Shown here: positions 12,234 to 25,543 of the stretch, piece after piece
Numbering within the stretch: the stretch's first letter is position 1
Layout: every line of letters starts with the position of its first letter
Assembly: GCA_965178125.1 (NCBI GenBank)
Contig: OZ237750.1
Location: 372,001-436,000, forward strand
Source of the DNA: Bilabrum cf. latius
Taxonomy: Eukaryota
DNA: 64,000 nucleotides
Reading direction: 5' to 3'
The notes under the pieces: generated by a model
Seen by the model: only the letters and a program-made list of their open reading frames with translations
What the model was told of the DNA's origin: nothing
Database searches by the model: none
Position numbers and translations under genes: made by a program

Positions 12234-15200
12234 TCAGACCTTGTCGTCATCGTCACCAAGGAGCATGTTCATGTTGGTCTCGATCGACTAGCTGGGCTCC
12301 ACCCAATCTGTGTTAACCATGAAGCTCGTAAACATCGGGATCCGGGTCACCAACCGGTCGGGCAGCAGGCTCAGCACGAACCGGTACCTCTTAGTCTGCT
12401 TTGTGAAGGAGTGCACAAACACGTAGTAGTAGCGCAGGAATGCAATCGTTACGACCACAAACACGCCCGCCATGCCAACGATCAGCGTGGTCACATACTA
12501 GTTCGCCCAGTCTTCGAACAGGCTGGCGTATAGCCTGGGCAGGTCACGGATGCCAAAGTACGGAGCAGCTGTGTACAATGGACTGACGACGTCACGGAGC
12601 CGCAGGTGCTGCACGTATATCTTAAACCCTTCGTCGATCCCATTCGGGCCGAAGAAGTACTCCTCTAGCCGCGACGAGGTCGATATGCCGGGCACGTCTT
12701 CCTCGGCACAGCCGAACACGACGCACCTGTGCAGGCGTTCCCCTTCATCTGCCATGATGTCGAGGATACCCTGGTCCCACGTCAAATTGTAGTTGTACCA
12801 CGTTTCGAGCCCTAGGTCGGGCACACCTAGTACGTCTGGAAAATTCGAATAGGAAACCACCCGTTGCGCCTTGGCAGTGAATGTGAGGTACTCGAACGAC
12901 GACCGGGTGATGGTGACCAGCCACCTGCCCATCACATCGAACTGAGAGATGATTTCAGAGGCGCGCAGGTACATGAGTGGCAGCAAGATGGCGATCACGG
13001 TGGTTGCCACCCACATGATGCCACTGGCCCCGAGCACGCGCCACAAGTCGAACCGAAACCACCAGTCCTCCTCGTGCAGCTACCGAATCTCATCCACAAG
13101 CAGCAACAACGGATCCATGTCAGCTCGCTTGTTCCCCTCGACTGCTGCCGCACCGCTCGAGCCTGTACGATTGACCCGCCCAGATGAGGAGGCTGCGTTG
13201 CCATCACCATCCCACAAGTCGCTCGTGCCGGAGGACGGTAGCCTCCCAGCAGCCGCACCGGCACTCGGGGACGGATTGCCCGCTGCCCTCTTTTGCTCGC
13301 CGAAATCGCCCTCGGGACCACCTTGAGAAGGGAGGGAGGTGCCAACAGCGGCAGCACCGGCTCCTGCGCTGCCCGTCGCAACCGTCCCGATGGCACCTGA
13401 CATGGTCGACTGCCGCCCGGGCGGCCCATCATGGCGCAAGGCACCGTGCATGATTCCGTCAGGCTCAGCCATGGAGTCGTGTGCGGTTCCAAAACCCGCC
13501 ACATCCTCGATGATGAACTCCATCCGCTCTTTGAGTCGCTCGATGGCCGCGTGCATGATGCTGCCAGGCCGCGCAGGCTGCGACCCGAAGATGTGCTTCA
13601 GCTTTGACGTGTCGGCGTTCTAGATCTGCGACATGGAGTCTTCGTGCTTTCCTGCCAGTTCCCTGACATCTTCGAAAGAGTCTTGTCTGTGCATCTCTCC
13701 CGCTTCCGTGATACCGTCTGCCTGCGCACCATCAAGGCGATCAAGAACAGCCTCGAAGGCAGACAGCGGGACAGCATCCAGCAAATAGTAGCCCGCCGCG
13801 TGCTCCATGTGAGCTGCCCGCAGTCCCCAATACAGAAAGAATGGCAGCGAGCTGAACACACCTACGAGGAGAACGCTTGTCATACTCAGCACCACGAGAA
13901 AGGTAGTATCGCTCGACCGCACCGCCGCTTCGTACACGTCTGTTGAACGACTCAGTGCGTGACCAACACGATGCACATTGTATACCACGCCTGCCCACCC
14001 GTTGACCGCTTCGCTATACTCGGGCTACGTCATCGCTGGAACGATACACGACTTGTTGAAGTGCTGCAGCAGGGCCGCCACCTGAGTCGGAGGAGCTACA
14101 AATTCTGCGCCCACGAGCCAGTGCGTCTCCTGGGAGATCACCGTGCCCCAGCCCGTGCCGGGGTAAGACTAGGTCACGTTGGCTGTCGCCCGTCGTATGT
14201 CGTAGATGATTTTTTGTGTGTAGTCATCTGTTAGCAGATCCCGTCCGAAAGCCACCAGCGAGAACTCTCCGGTCGTTTCGTTGATAGAGGCCGTCAGGTC
14301 GTCCACTCGAATACTCTCATCTCTCGTGAGACTCGTCGCTAGGTCACCTGAGGGGCACCCTGTAGGAAACTGGTTCGAAAACTCCCTGTAAGTGTTGAGG
14401 TTCTCGTGGGGCTCGTCGCAGAACACGAGCCTGTGCTGGATGAAGGACAGCTCGCCGATCGCCTCTGCCGGGTCGAGCAGGAACGCCGGCGGGATGCCTT
14501 CAATCCCAGGGCTGTTCCCGCAGTCCTCTAGCCTCTCCACGTGGGCCAAATAGGAGCTGAGCAGCCAGAAGACCTGCTCTCTCCTGCCGCTCGATGCGAC
14601 CTTTTGCAGGTTGCGCTGGAGCTTGGACAGCTCAGTGACGCTGATCGTGAACGGGATGCACAGCGTGGCAAGGACAACCGCATAAAGCGCGCACAGCACG
14701 CAACGCATGCGTCGGATCCCTGGGAACTCCCGCGGCCGCTCAGCTTCGCTGTCGCATCCCTTGCTCTTCTTGCATTGCTTGCTGCGGGTAGCCCCCTTGG
14801 TTGCCTCCGCCACTTCATGGTACGTTCTCTTCTTCTTATTTTTCTTCTTCCGTTCCCTGCGTCCTCTATCGCTCGTGAAGGAACTTCTCCGGGACCCTCC
14901 CCGACCCAGGTGCCTCTTGCTCTTGCCCTTGCCACCCGGCCCCATCTGACCGTGGTCCTCACCGGACCGGTCACTGCCAATGGAAGAGTCCGCATCGAAG
15001 CCGCTCGTTGACACGGACCGGGCGGACAGCTTGATGCCTCCGAAAGACACCCGACTGGCACGCGGCTGCTCATTTAAAACGCTCGGACCCGGGGGTTTCA
15101 AAGCAGCGCTACTAGGCGGCGTATCTCCTTGCTTGCGCTCAACGTCTCCGTCATCTGCAGACTCCACAGGTAGCCGAGGCACGACGTGCACTCCTGATTC

Positions 15201-18200
15201 CTACGCGCTTTCTCTCGCGTCAAGCTCAGCCTTCTCGGCCTTGGACTCGCTGCCACCATGCGGGTGTGTACCCCCATGGACCAACATCGGCGGAGCGGGC
15301 AAGGGCGTTCGTTCGCCCGGGGCGGGAGACTCGAGCTCGTGCAGGATGGCCGATGCCTCGCCCGCGCTGACGTTCCTATTCCTGAAGCTGCTCTCCTCGT
15401 CCTAATTTGGGATGGGCTCTTGCACCTCGCCAGGTAGTGCGGTGCTCTCAGCAAGGGCCGCGCCACCAGAGCTGGCTTCACCAATGCCGTCACGGTTTTC
15501 CCGCCGTGCGCTGTACTATCCAAGCCCCATCGCAAGTTCTTCCCGCTCGCTTGGCTGTCGCTGGACCTTGGGCCTCCTGCTGCCGCTAGCCGGTGAGAGA
15601 TCGCTCCCGGGCTTGCGAATGCGAGGAGGTTTCTCTACTGCTGACCCAGGCTGTCGTTGAGCAGACTGGCCGGGTGCATCGCGCATGGGCATGCCCAGGG
15701 CTCTTGCATGAATCCTCTCGCCAATGCCTGCTTTCGCTGTTCCAGCTTGGCCCGCCTCAGTCCCGCCAGTCTGCCGCATTGGCGGGTTGCTGTCACCCAA
15801 GTTATCCCCGCCGGCCTCGCTGCCTTCCTGCGACCCAGCAGAGGCTGCTGCTGCGCTATCCACTGAGGCTGCTTCCCCAGAGCGACCGGACCCATCTGCA
15901 GCACTGCTGTATCCCTGCATGCCCGGCTTGGAGGGGCCAACTGAGCGCTTGTAGGCACCGTTTGCACCCGGCACGCTAGCACCGGTTGCTCCTTTGTCTT
16001 TGCCCCCCCTCGTCCCAACCTGGGTCGATAGAGCAGCTGCTCGACTAGCAGCCGCCTCCTCTTCCACCGCATCGGCCAGCTCGAGGTAGTTCTGGGACTC
16101 CTCTTCCATGCCGTGCACCTGCAGCAGAAATAGGCTGTAGCTCCTGAGCACCTGCGTGCTGTAGCTGTGCTTCTGAAGGAGTGCCTCAAATGTCCTGCTG
16201 GCCTGCTCCTCGGCTGCCCCGATGCGACCCACGGCCTCTTGTACCTTGTTCGAGCTGGGGGAGTTCGTGGCAATCATCATCTGCAGAAAGTTCCTCATCT
16301 CGGCGAGCGTCTTGCGATGGAACTACTGCGCGCTCCTCAGCGATTTGGACAGGTCAAGGTATCTCACGGTGCCGACACCCTCGGCCAGCTGCTGCCTCCT
16401 CCTCTCGAACAGGTACCGGAACAGGCAATACCTCAAGTCCATGGAGGATATCTTGATTGCTGCGGCGGCCGACATGCGGATGGGCAGCGCCTGCCCGAAG
16501 AAGTGGTGCGTGTTGAGGATGGACAGCCAGAACCGGCCAGACTCCCCCAGGTCTTTGCTTGCCTTGGTGTACAGCCACTGCATGACCATCACCCTTTTCT
16601 CGAAGGAGACCCATCGCCTCTTGGAGCGTTTGGCCATCGCCCTGATCGTCTCAGTTTGGTCTCGACCCTCCTCCTGCCCGGCACCACCACCGAACTCGTC
16701 GTCATCGTCCGCATCGCCGCTGTCGAGCGAGTCATCGCCGTGGAACGTTACCCCCAGGAGGGTCAAGATAGAAAAAGCAGCGACATCGTGGTGATCGCTC
16801 CGCTGCAGCCCCACGATCCCAGAATCCGTCCTCCTCATCACGTGCCTTACCAGTATGTCCACGTCTGTCTCGCCCTGGTCCAAACCTAGCCGTTTCACCA
16901 GCGCGTCTTCCGCCCTGCCGTCACCACTAGTAATGATCTGAAGGACCTTGGAGGAGGATGGCATCCTCGATATCACCAGGTGCCAGCGCTTGAAGGCTAG
17001 GTAGGTGCCCAGGTATGCAGCCGGACCTAGGCCAAGGAGCAGGACGTCGCCTGCGATGTCCAGTGACACGCCGCCCACCCGCATGACTTCCACGACGGTG
17101 GTCCACAAAAACACAGTGAATGCGGCAGCCCTAAATTGATTCGATGCCAGCGAGTTATAGGGGAAGAAGTACAGGAGCTGGTAGAGCAGCAGCGACGCCA
17201 CGATGGGCTTCCCGATCGAAATGAGGTTCCCTGCCACCGGCTGCAGCTGCTGCAGCAGCAGCAGGGCCAGCTTGCAGACCAGTGCAACCAGCTCTGACCT
17301 CCCGTGGGTCATGCCGAAGGCCCCTTCGACGTCCACCGCGATGGTTGCGGTGGTGAAGGACACCAGCCCGAAGACCACGATGAGGAGCCAAGCGCCCACG
17401 AAGATGCCGTAGTCAATCTCCCCTTGCCCGGGGAAGGCAGCCAGCACCATGGTGCCATCATCCAGCACGTTTGGTATCCCAAAGATGGTGAGCAGCTCCA
17501 CGAGTGGCATATACAGGAACGAAATCAACGAGCACACGACGATGCGGAGAAAGTCTAACGCTCGGCTGGGAGAGCTGTTTGTGTACGATAGCCGGAATGC
17601 GACATACGCCAGAGTTACTAATACAAGCAGAATCATGCTGGTTGCCACCCAGAATTCGATCACACGTCCGTCGTAGGTTTTGCTCTGGAACACCGTTGAG
17701 ACAAGCAGGCTTGCCCGCTGCAGGACGTACACAATGCTATTCGTCGGCCACTAGAACGCAGGGGAGGTGAACGAAATAGCCAGCAACTGCAGAGGCTCCT
17801 GCGTCCAAATACTAGGTAAGGAAATCTCCAGTACTGTAGTATGCTCAGTTTGGGTGACGGCAGTCGCCAGAAAAACTCCGGAAACGCCGAGCATCTGGAG
17901 CGAAGATGCCCTCTCTCACCACTAAGAAAGCAAGAGCCAAGAGATAATCTTTGACGGAATTCTATGACATCATGCTGTATATCACCAGGAACAAGCCTGC
18001 GTAGATGCCACGGCACACAGTGTTTCGAGAGCAACGCGAAACGTATCTCACAACATTGCACGATACAACAAGCGCGCTAGACAGGACTACGGACTTACCA
18101 CGTTCTATTGATGCAACTTGGCCGCTGCCCAAAGCTCTCTAGAAGGTAGATTCCCCTGATCCCGTTGTAAATACGCTGCCACCGCCTCTAGTTCGCATTC

Positions 18201-18237
18201 CAGCAACGCTGCCGCTGCGGCCTCCTTTGACTTGCAT
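12234..18237 (-). CDS. TmcB/TmcC (tiny macrocysts)-like large multi-pass membrane protein
   Basis: N-terminal TM bundle (PLQLLAISF, HGRSEL, FFPYNSLASN) and TPR-like segment ASRTFEALLQKHSYSTQVLRSYSLFLLQV; C-terminal TM followed by VLSLLP. Introns 17997-18098 and 17799-17919. About 13 in-frame TAGs; TGA at 12234-12236. Confidence 0.75.
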
Positions 18238-18725
18238 GACGGACAGACACGCGAGTTTATAGAAGCGCGCTGAGTTCCCTCTTGTGACTACCTCCTGCGT
18301 GTAATTTAATGGTGTGTGAAACGGATACAAGTATGGCTCCACCAGTGGGTCATTTTATTTTCATCTTCATAATGCGCAGCGCCGAAATAATGATGATGAT
18401 GGAAGACGCAACCGAGGCGGTATCCAGAACGATTCGATTTGAAGGTCAGTGGTCAGTAGTCAATTCGGTGGAAGTCAACCCGGGCCTCTGAAAGGTGGTG
18501 GCACTGCGTCGCGCGATGCCGGCTGTGGTGGCGAGCTGCATATCGGGTGGGTGTGTTGCTGGCCGCGGGTTGTGGCGCGACAAATCATAGTCGAAGGTAT
18601 TGAATGAGAAGGGAAGACAAAAACGAATTTTGTGTGCTGCAACGCTCCCCCTGGCAGCCGCCTGCCAAGCCACCGGCCAGGCCGCACACTTGTGGGTATG
18701 CAACCGAGCACATTCAACTTGTCAC

Positions 18726-19457
18726 TCAGCACCCGCACCCGCCCGCTCCAACGTCAACATCATCCTTGGGTGGCTTTGGCATGACCCTGAGGTCGATCAA
18801 GTTCTGGTCTGCCACGGCGGCGTCGGCCTCCTGAGAAGGCAGCGCGTGCGCCACCCTCCGGAACAGAGCGGTGATGTTGCTGCCTTGCATTGCACTTGTC
18901 TCAATAAATAGCGTTCCGAGCTCCCTTGCCTTCGCCTACCCTTCCTCGGTTCGCACTTTTCGTCGGTCGGTCGCGTCGGTCTTGTTGCCGACGAGCATGA
19001 GGAGCACGTCCTCTCGAAGCCCTCTTACATCGTCGACCCATTGCGGCACGTTCAAGAAACTCGCTCTATTCGTGACATCGTAGACAACAATACATACCTA
19101 ACAATCTCTAATGTAGCTAGGTATCAATGACCTAAACCTCTCCTGTCCAGCAGAGTCCCAAATCTGCAACCTGACCGTGCTATCGGACAAGTACAGCGTC
19201 TTGCTTTTGAAATCGATCCCTATTGTCGTCTTGTACCTATCCACAAAAGTTCCGTGTATAAAGTGATGGATTATAGAAGTCTTGCCGACGCCACTGTCTC
19301 CGACAAACACAACCTTGTGCTTGGTGAGAGGTGCTTCAGATGGCAAGCCTATGTCTTCTCCGCCACCTCCCCCTAGAGACTCCCCTGCAGGTACTTCAGC
19401 GGTTGCGGCGGTGCCGTTGCTGCCGTCCCTTCCATCACCTCTTGCGACGCCAGCCAT
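18726..19457 (-). CDS. RAB6: Rab6-like small GTPase
   Basis: [38 protein letters not shown]. Past TAG 19098-19100 it continues [10 protein letters not shown]...VGNKTD...EEG*AKARELG (TAG 18936-18938)...ETSA and ends in the CGC prenylation motif, then TGA. Confidence 0.9.
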
Positions 19458-19959
19458 AACGAAAGGCGCTAATAGGTGGCAGACAAACTGTCAAATTCGA
19501 CCCAAAGTTCGCAATAGGCCAGTATATCTCCCTGATTAAGTGTCTTAATCAGTTCAACGCAGCTGCGCTAGTTCGAGAATCGCAGTACTTTTGGATATTG
19601 ACCTCATCCTCCCGTTGGCTTTCCTCGGGCTTTGGGAACGTTCCATCGCCACAAGCCGCCAGTCTCTCCTGGGTGTTGTCATGCAACGAGTCGGGGGCTC
19701 GTTTTTGTGCGTAATGGCTCATTTGTTGATTTAGATTCGTGAGTGGTGCTGCAAGATCTGACTATACTGCTGCGGTAATCTCGATTTCGCTGAAGACCTG
19801 CACTGCATCCAGTGCATGATCCCCCTGTGACAAGACCACAGCCCCAACCCACGGTCCTGCGACCCTTCCTACTATAAGAACCTACAATCCAAGATGAGCC
19901 CTGCGGCTACCACTGAAAATGTCTCTGTGGCGGCCGCCGAGCTGAGCTGTCGACCCAGC

Positions 19960-20548
19960 TCACTCGCGGTCGGCGCGCTTCTTCTTGTGCATCTGGGCGC
20001 GGCGGCCAGTACCCCAAGTGGTGCGCTTCTTCTTCTTCAGCTCCTTCCAGGCAGCGCGGGTCTTGCTGCGGGACTCGCCCAGACCCTCACGCACCAGGCG
20101 GTGCGTCGGCTCCACCTTCTTTGCCTCGTCCACCGAATCGTAGGCAGATCCGAAGCCAGTGCTCTTGCCGCCACCGTATGCGACACGGAATCCGTACAAG
20201 ATCACAGCATCCTCAGCGACGTTGCCCAGGGACTGCGACACAAATAGCAGAGCAGCAGTTGCAGCAAAACCACGGTATGCTGAAAATCAAGCCCTTAGGG
20301 AGGTATCGTCCCAGCTTGCACGCACATCGGCCGTATTTAAGCAATTCATACTTAACTTTGATTACTTTAGTGCTCAAGTGGGGTACAACATAGCCTCAAG
20401 GGCAACTCACATCGGCAATCATCTTCTTCAGGGTCTTCTTGGACACGGGCGCCTTATCAGGGTGGTGCACCTGCACCACGAACTGCCTACGCTTGAGAAG
20501 AGGGTTGCGCATAACCTTGCGCAGCCTTACGACCACTCCATCCGACAT
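19960..20548 (-). CDS. RPS24: 40S ribosomal protein S24 (eS24), 2 exons
   Basis: Exon 1 MSDGVVVRLRKVMRNPLLKRRQFVVQVHHP...; intron 20233-20410; exon 2 ...YGFRVAYGGGKSTGFG...KKVEPTHRLVR; TGA stop. No TAG codons. Confidence 0.95.
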
Positions 20549-20718
20549 GATTCGGACTAAACCTTCGACAATGCTGAAAAACGTACTCGGTGGTATGTGA
20601 TCTGGTAATCATCATCCGATCTCAAATATACACGTCACAATCTACTATGATCATTCGTGGAATCTTTACCCAACAATGTATTTCTGTATTTCATTCGGAG
20701 TAAAATACGAAGGCAACA

Positions 20719-23589
20719 ATGAATGCAGAGAAAGGCGCGGATACAATGGATGATGCCCTATTGGAACTGGTAGATTGCTTTGAATCAAACGTATGGAGGG
20801 AGAATCCTTCCAAAGTTCACAGTAAACTGTCTTCGATTGCTTCCGTATCAGTCAAGCACCGCGGTGCACCAACTGCAAGTGCTCTCAGCAGCATTGATTT
20901 GCTTTCGCGGCTATTGTTTCAACACTCTGCGCTCGCAACAGAGGATAAAGAGCATGGTGATACCATCGTTGCTACTGTTGCTCAATTTTATGGACTACTA
21001 TCGGCACTTCAAACCATGTCAGCGGGGGCTGCAACTGCAACTCTACGCAAGTCGCGCAACCTGGCTACTCTTTCGCTCCAAAGGGCTGTGGATAGAAGCT
21101 TAAGTGACACTATGGGTGGATTTGCCGTTTCTAACAGCAGAATTAGGCTGTTGTCAGCAGCGGTAAAAGAGAGTGTTGGACTTGGAGCCCACAGCACACC
21201 TGGTGGTGAGGCAGCGACAGCTCGGGTTCTCGCCACATCGCTAAAACTCGCAGTGGAACTATGTAGAGACCATGCATCAGATGTGACGGCCGCAGGCCCA
21301 CGATCGGTTGATACTGCTAGCCAGGATATCGACAAAGCAGCGGTATCCGCGAGTGGAACCAGCACAGAATAGGAAGCTATTGCGAGCATCAGAAGCAGTG
21401 ACGCGCGCCTGGTGGCATGCGCTGAATTTGCATCAGCCACTTCTGTCGTGCTGCAGTCGTACCTCAGAGCTCGCACAGAGAGAGATATCCTGGACTGCCT
21501 CAAGCAGGCGAGCGAGCACAAGGAGAGCAGTGGGGGTGCATGTGACGAGTGGGCCCGGCACCTGATGCCGCTGCTGGTGGTGCTACCGAGCAGCGACGGA
21601 GCAGTCGAGTCCTGCTTGCAGCTAGCCCTGGGAAACGAATCCGACTCGAGCCGCGCTGCCAGCGCACCCCAGGCGACCGTGTCCCGGATCAGGCGGGTGT
21701 CGGCTGCTCTCTTTGCTTAGCAGGCGGCTGCAGTGGGCGGTGAGGACGCGGGGCCATCTCAATCTGCAGGGAGCCACAAGGAATAGCATGATCAGGGAAT
21801 GCCCGAAGTGCCGATGGCCATCGCGCTCATTCCGGCCGTCCTGTTAGCCATCCGTGGCGACTCCGCGCATGGCTCCGCGCTTGCGACGACACCCGCTGGT
21901 ACCTCGCCGGAGAGTACCCCCACAGAGGGAGACGACACACCCGATGCATCCATTGGTGGTATCGCCAAGGCCGCTTCTGAAAAGGCCCGGCTGGCGGTTG
22001 GGAGCTCGACGGGTCAGACGGCACTGCTGTGGGGGAGGCTCGTGCAGGACCTGTGCGAGGCAGCCGGCCGAGGTGTCCTTGATTCCAGTGCTGCTGCTGG
22101 TGGCGCTTCTGGTGCTGCCGATCCAGCTGCTGAGTCAAAGGAAGAAGAAGATTCGGTGGAATCATATCCCATTGAAACCGCTTTCGTGGGACCCAGGGAG
22201 GTGCTAATGCGGCCGGGGCAGCTGGGTGCAGCTCGGTCCGTTGCCGTGCTGCTTGGCGCTGCACTGCCGTACGACCTCTTGGGCGCGGCGTGCAGGCGAG
22301 CAAGTGAGACCATCGACACCCGGCCGATGGTTCGTGCCCTGCTGGACGCAATCGTGCTGGCGAACGCTATCTCGCGAGGGATGGGCACAAAGGCGGAGGT
22401 GGAGGCCGTCCTCCTCCTGCTACAGGCAGCATCCGCATGCGCGACCTGCGTGGCGGCAGGCATTGCAATTGGCACTGTTACACGCGGAAAATATGAAGCT
22501 GTCGCGGGAACAAGTCTTGCCGCGGCTTGTGCTGCTTGTGCTGACCACACGCTGGGATGGGTGAGGTCTTTGGCGAAGAAGGAGCAGGCTGCCGCGAAGC
22601 CATGGTTCTACCAAAGCATGGTGGCGTGCTGTGCCGGCGTGGAGGCTGGCTCGGTGCTGGCGGACGTCGCCAATCCTGGTGGCATCACTTGGCAGCTGCC
22701 TGACAGCCGAGGTGCCGCAGCTCTCGCCAAACAGCCTGTTGCAAGCAGGCTGGCGGCCGTGCGAGCCGCCTGGGGTCGGTGCTGCGCTGGCGGGAGCGCC
22801 GAGCTACCTGAGCGTGAAAGTGCCAAGGGCGGCGTTGCTGGCGTGGCAGACGGCTTGGGCAAGTTGGTGCGAGCTTCGATGCAAGTCAGCAGGATGGCCC
22901 CTTTTGTGGGACAGCAGGTGCTCCCATCTCTGGCTGGTGCAGCCATGGCTGCCGCTGTGGCATATGCTGGTGGCGGCTCGACAGGCGCGTCGATTGGATC
23001 CCTTGCCAGCGGAGCTCGGGAGCTGGTGGCGCTGGACAGCACGGCCGGTGACCAGGCCTGCAGTGCACTGCTTGCAGCAGCGGCATGGCAGGGCAGCGTT
23101 GGCGAGCCGGCCGCAGGTGCTGCTGACCCAGCTGCTTCAACAGCGGGCGATGCTGGTGGAGAATTAGAAGATGGTGAGGGTGTGAGTCGGGACCTAGCAA
23201 GTATGGATGAGGTGGTGCAGCGGTGCGCTGGTGTTGCGGCCACGCATGCCGTCTAGCACATGGCTGTGGCGGACGAGGGCTACGGGCATCTGTCGGCAGC
23301 TCTGGAGCGGGATGCGGAGGCGACTGGTGTGGCAGTGAAGGTGCCAGACAGCTTGCGGCTGCCCGATGGGCCAGCAGCCGTGCAGACAGCTGTCTGCCTC
23401 CTGCGCGCGTGCAGGCTGTGTGCAGGCAGCTCGTCATCAGCAAGCTCACGCGCGGTGGAGGAGTCGTTCGAGCGGGTTCGAAAAGTAGCGGGTGCGTATC
23501 GCGATAGTCTCGGGCGTGATGGCAGGCCCTAGTTCGAGGAGGACCGAGCCATCATGGGGGCACTCGAGCCCATCATGGGAGCCTCGTGA
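20719..23589 (+). CDS. Ala-rich hypothetical protein (~956 aa)
   Basis: ORFs starting at 20719, 21412, 21799 and 23260 share one frame, joined by 5 TAGs; ends TGA 23587-23589. No recognised domain. Confidence 0.65.
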
Positions 23590-23759
23590 CGACCCGGATG
23601 ATCGGCCTCGTCGCCCATCGGTGCAGCCTTGCGGCTGTGCTCAATCTGAATGCAAACATGATAGATAGGCAGTCGATGGCTAGCACAAATAATGAGGCAC
23701 GAATAGGCACACTGCAACGCCCACGAGTCACCTGTCTGTTTGATGATTCCAGCCCTCAT

Positions 23760-25390
23760 TCAGTGATGGATCACCTCCACGTTCGGCAAGGCATATATCT
23801 TGGCTCCCATGTCCCTAGCCATCATTGCGAGCCCCTCCGTCTCAATGTACCTCCTGTACGGGAACGGGGGGAACACCAGCCCATCCCTATGCAAATCCGC
23901 CCGCACCAGCAGCATGGCTCCACCCACCGAGTCGATCTCAACCAGCAGGTCCTTGGACCCGTCCCCCCTCAGCTTGTGGATGTGCTTGTTCCCCGAGAAA
24001 CCGTACCCCTCCAAAAGCACCTCGGGTCCGTCTCCGGCCTGGCTGCCCGCCCCCGTGGTGTACAACACAGAGGCCGCACCGCCAGCGCCAGACGACTACG
24101 CCATCAAGTCGCCTGATGGGGCTGCCCAATGCTCCCTGCATTCCAGCTCAACGGAGGTGCCAACTGACCCCCCATACTTTACCACCGCTTTCTGCTTCGC
24201 GGACATGCCCGCTGCTCTAAGTGCGGATTCCCTCAGGCAGGTGCCCAACCCGATGGGCATGCTCGCCTTGGCCTTCACCTGCGTCCAGTCCTCGTCTGTC
24301 ATTGTGGCCAGGGCGCTGGGAAGAGAGACCATCTCGGACTCAAGTGCTGCAGCAATGCTTTGCAATTTGTCGGGGGACGGAAACGAGGTTTCTCTTGAGG
24401 AAGGAAGCCCTTTGGTCAGCCTTAGCTGAGCACCGCACGCCTCGAGCAACTGCTTCGTGGTCATCGCTGAGAGTGCCTGCGCCGATACGTCCATGGCGGG
24501 GAATCGCACCTCGTACTCTGGCGGGGGCTGGGGCCGCTTCCACGAATTGAGGTCGTAGGACCGCTGTCCCGGACCCATGACGCAATTCGGAATCACAATG
24601 TCCTTCCTCGGCCCGGTCAATCTCTCGATGATGTCTGCGGGGTAGCTCTGCAGATCGCTGTCGATCCAGAGCACCCATTCTTCGTCTTGGATGGCCTGTG
24701 ATGCATGGGATTGGCACGTTGGAATTGTACTGCGTCGCTAGTGGTCGTACCTGTCGGCGCAATAGTGCTACACAACGCGGCTCTCGGCGCACTCACCCGA
24801 GCAGCGAGCTGATTTCGCGAGCGGGCCAGGACGGCACGGCGTTCAACCTGCTTATTCTTGTCGTGCCTCTAGCTTCTCGATAGGCTAAGGCCATAATGCT
24901 ACTCGAAAATCGAAATTCGCCTGAACTCTCCCCGAAGCTTGCGTTGCGCGCTCTTCAGCATCCCAAGCGTCGTAGTCCCGGCCGGCGCTCCATGATCGTC
25001 GCTATCAGAGTCCAGAAATGCAATACTAATCTTATCGTGTGGGTAAGACATTTTCTATATATTCCTGAAGTAGCGGTCCAGGTGCTTCCATGCATTCTTT
25101 ACCGGAGTAAGGATCAGCACAGTGCCGGGTCGAACTGTCGTGTTTAAATCTAATTTCTCGCAGTTGCTCTCATGAAATCCTCTATTTGTAATATCCACTT
25201 CAGCTCTGTCGATAAGCAGCCCTCCTTTAGCTTCTTCCTATCGAAGCACAGGGCCACTTTGACTTGCCATATTCAATGTGTGTGACAAGATCCAGCCCAG
25301 CACAAAGCTAACGAATATGGCGAGCCCTGTAGCGAGCTCTGGCCTCACGTAGCTGCTCAAACCTTTCCGCCGCAGAGTTGATGTGACCAT
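23760..25390 (-). CDS. Anp1/Mnn9-like (GT62) glycosyltransferase, type II membrane protein
   Basis: N-terminal TM, then VLILTPVKNA...SYPHDKISIAFLDSDS, RH...QVERRAVLARSRN, EWVLWIDSD (DxD), SYDLNSW and DSVGGAMLLVRADLHR...IETEGLAMMA. Intron 24696-24796; at least 4 TAGs; TGA stop. Confidence 0.88.
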
Positions 25391-25543
25391 TTGCTGCTAC
25401 GCGCCAGCACAATTGCAGTATATCGACGGCCGTGTGGCCCAGTTGCACCTGCAGTGCACTGCTCCAGCCTACCGGATTTAGCTGCAAGCAGTGGCAATGG
25501 CAATAGATCTATCGTGTTGAATGCACATTCTATTTATATAAAT

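Noticed and set aside
20233-20410. Intron-encoded snoRNA in RPS24
   Set aside because: No convincing C box (RTGATGA) and D box pair or H/ACA structure seen.
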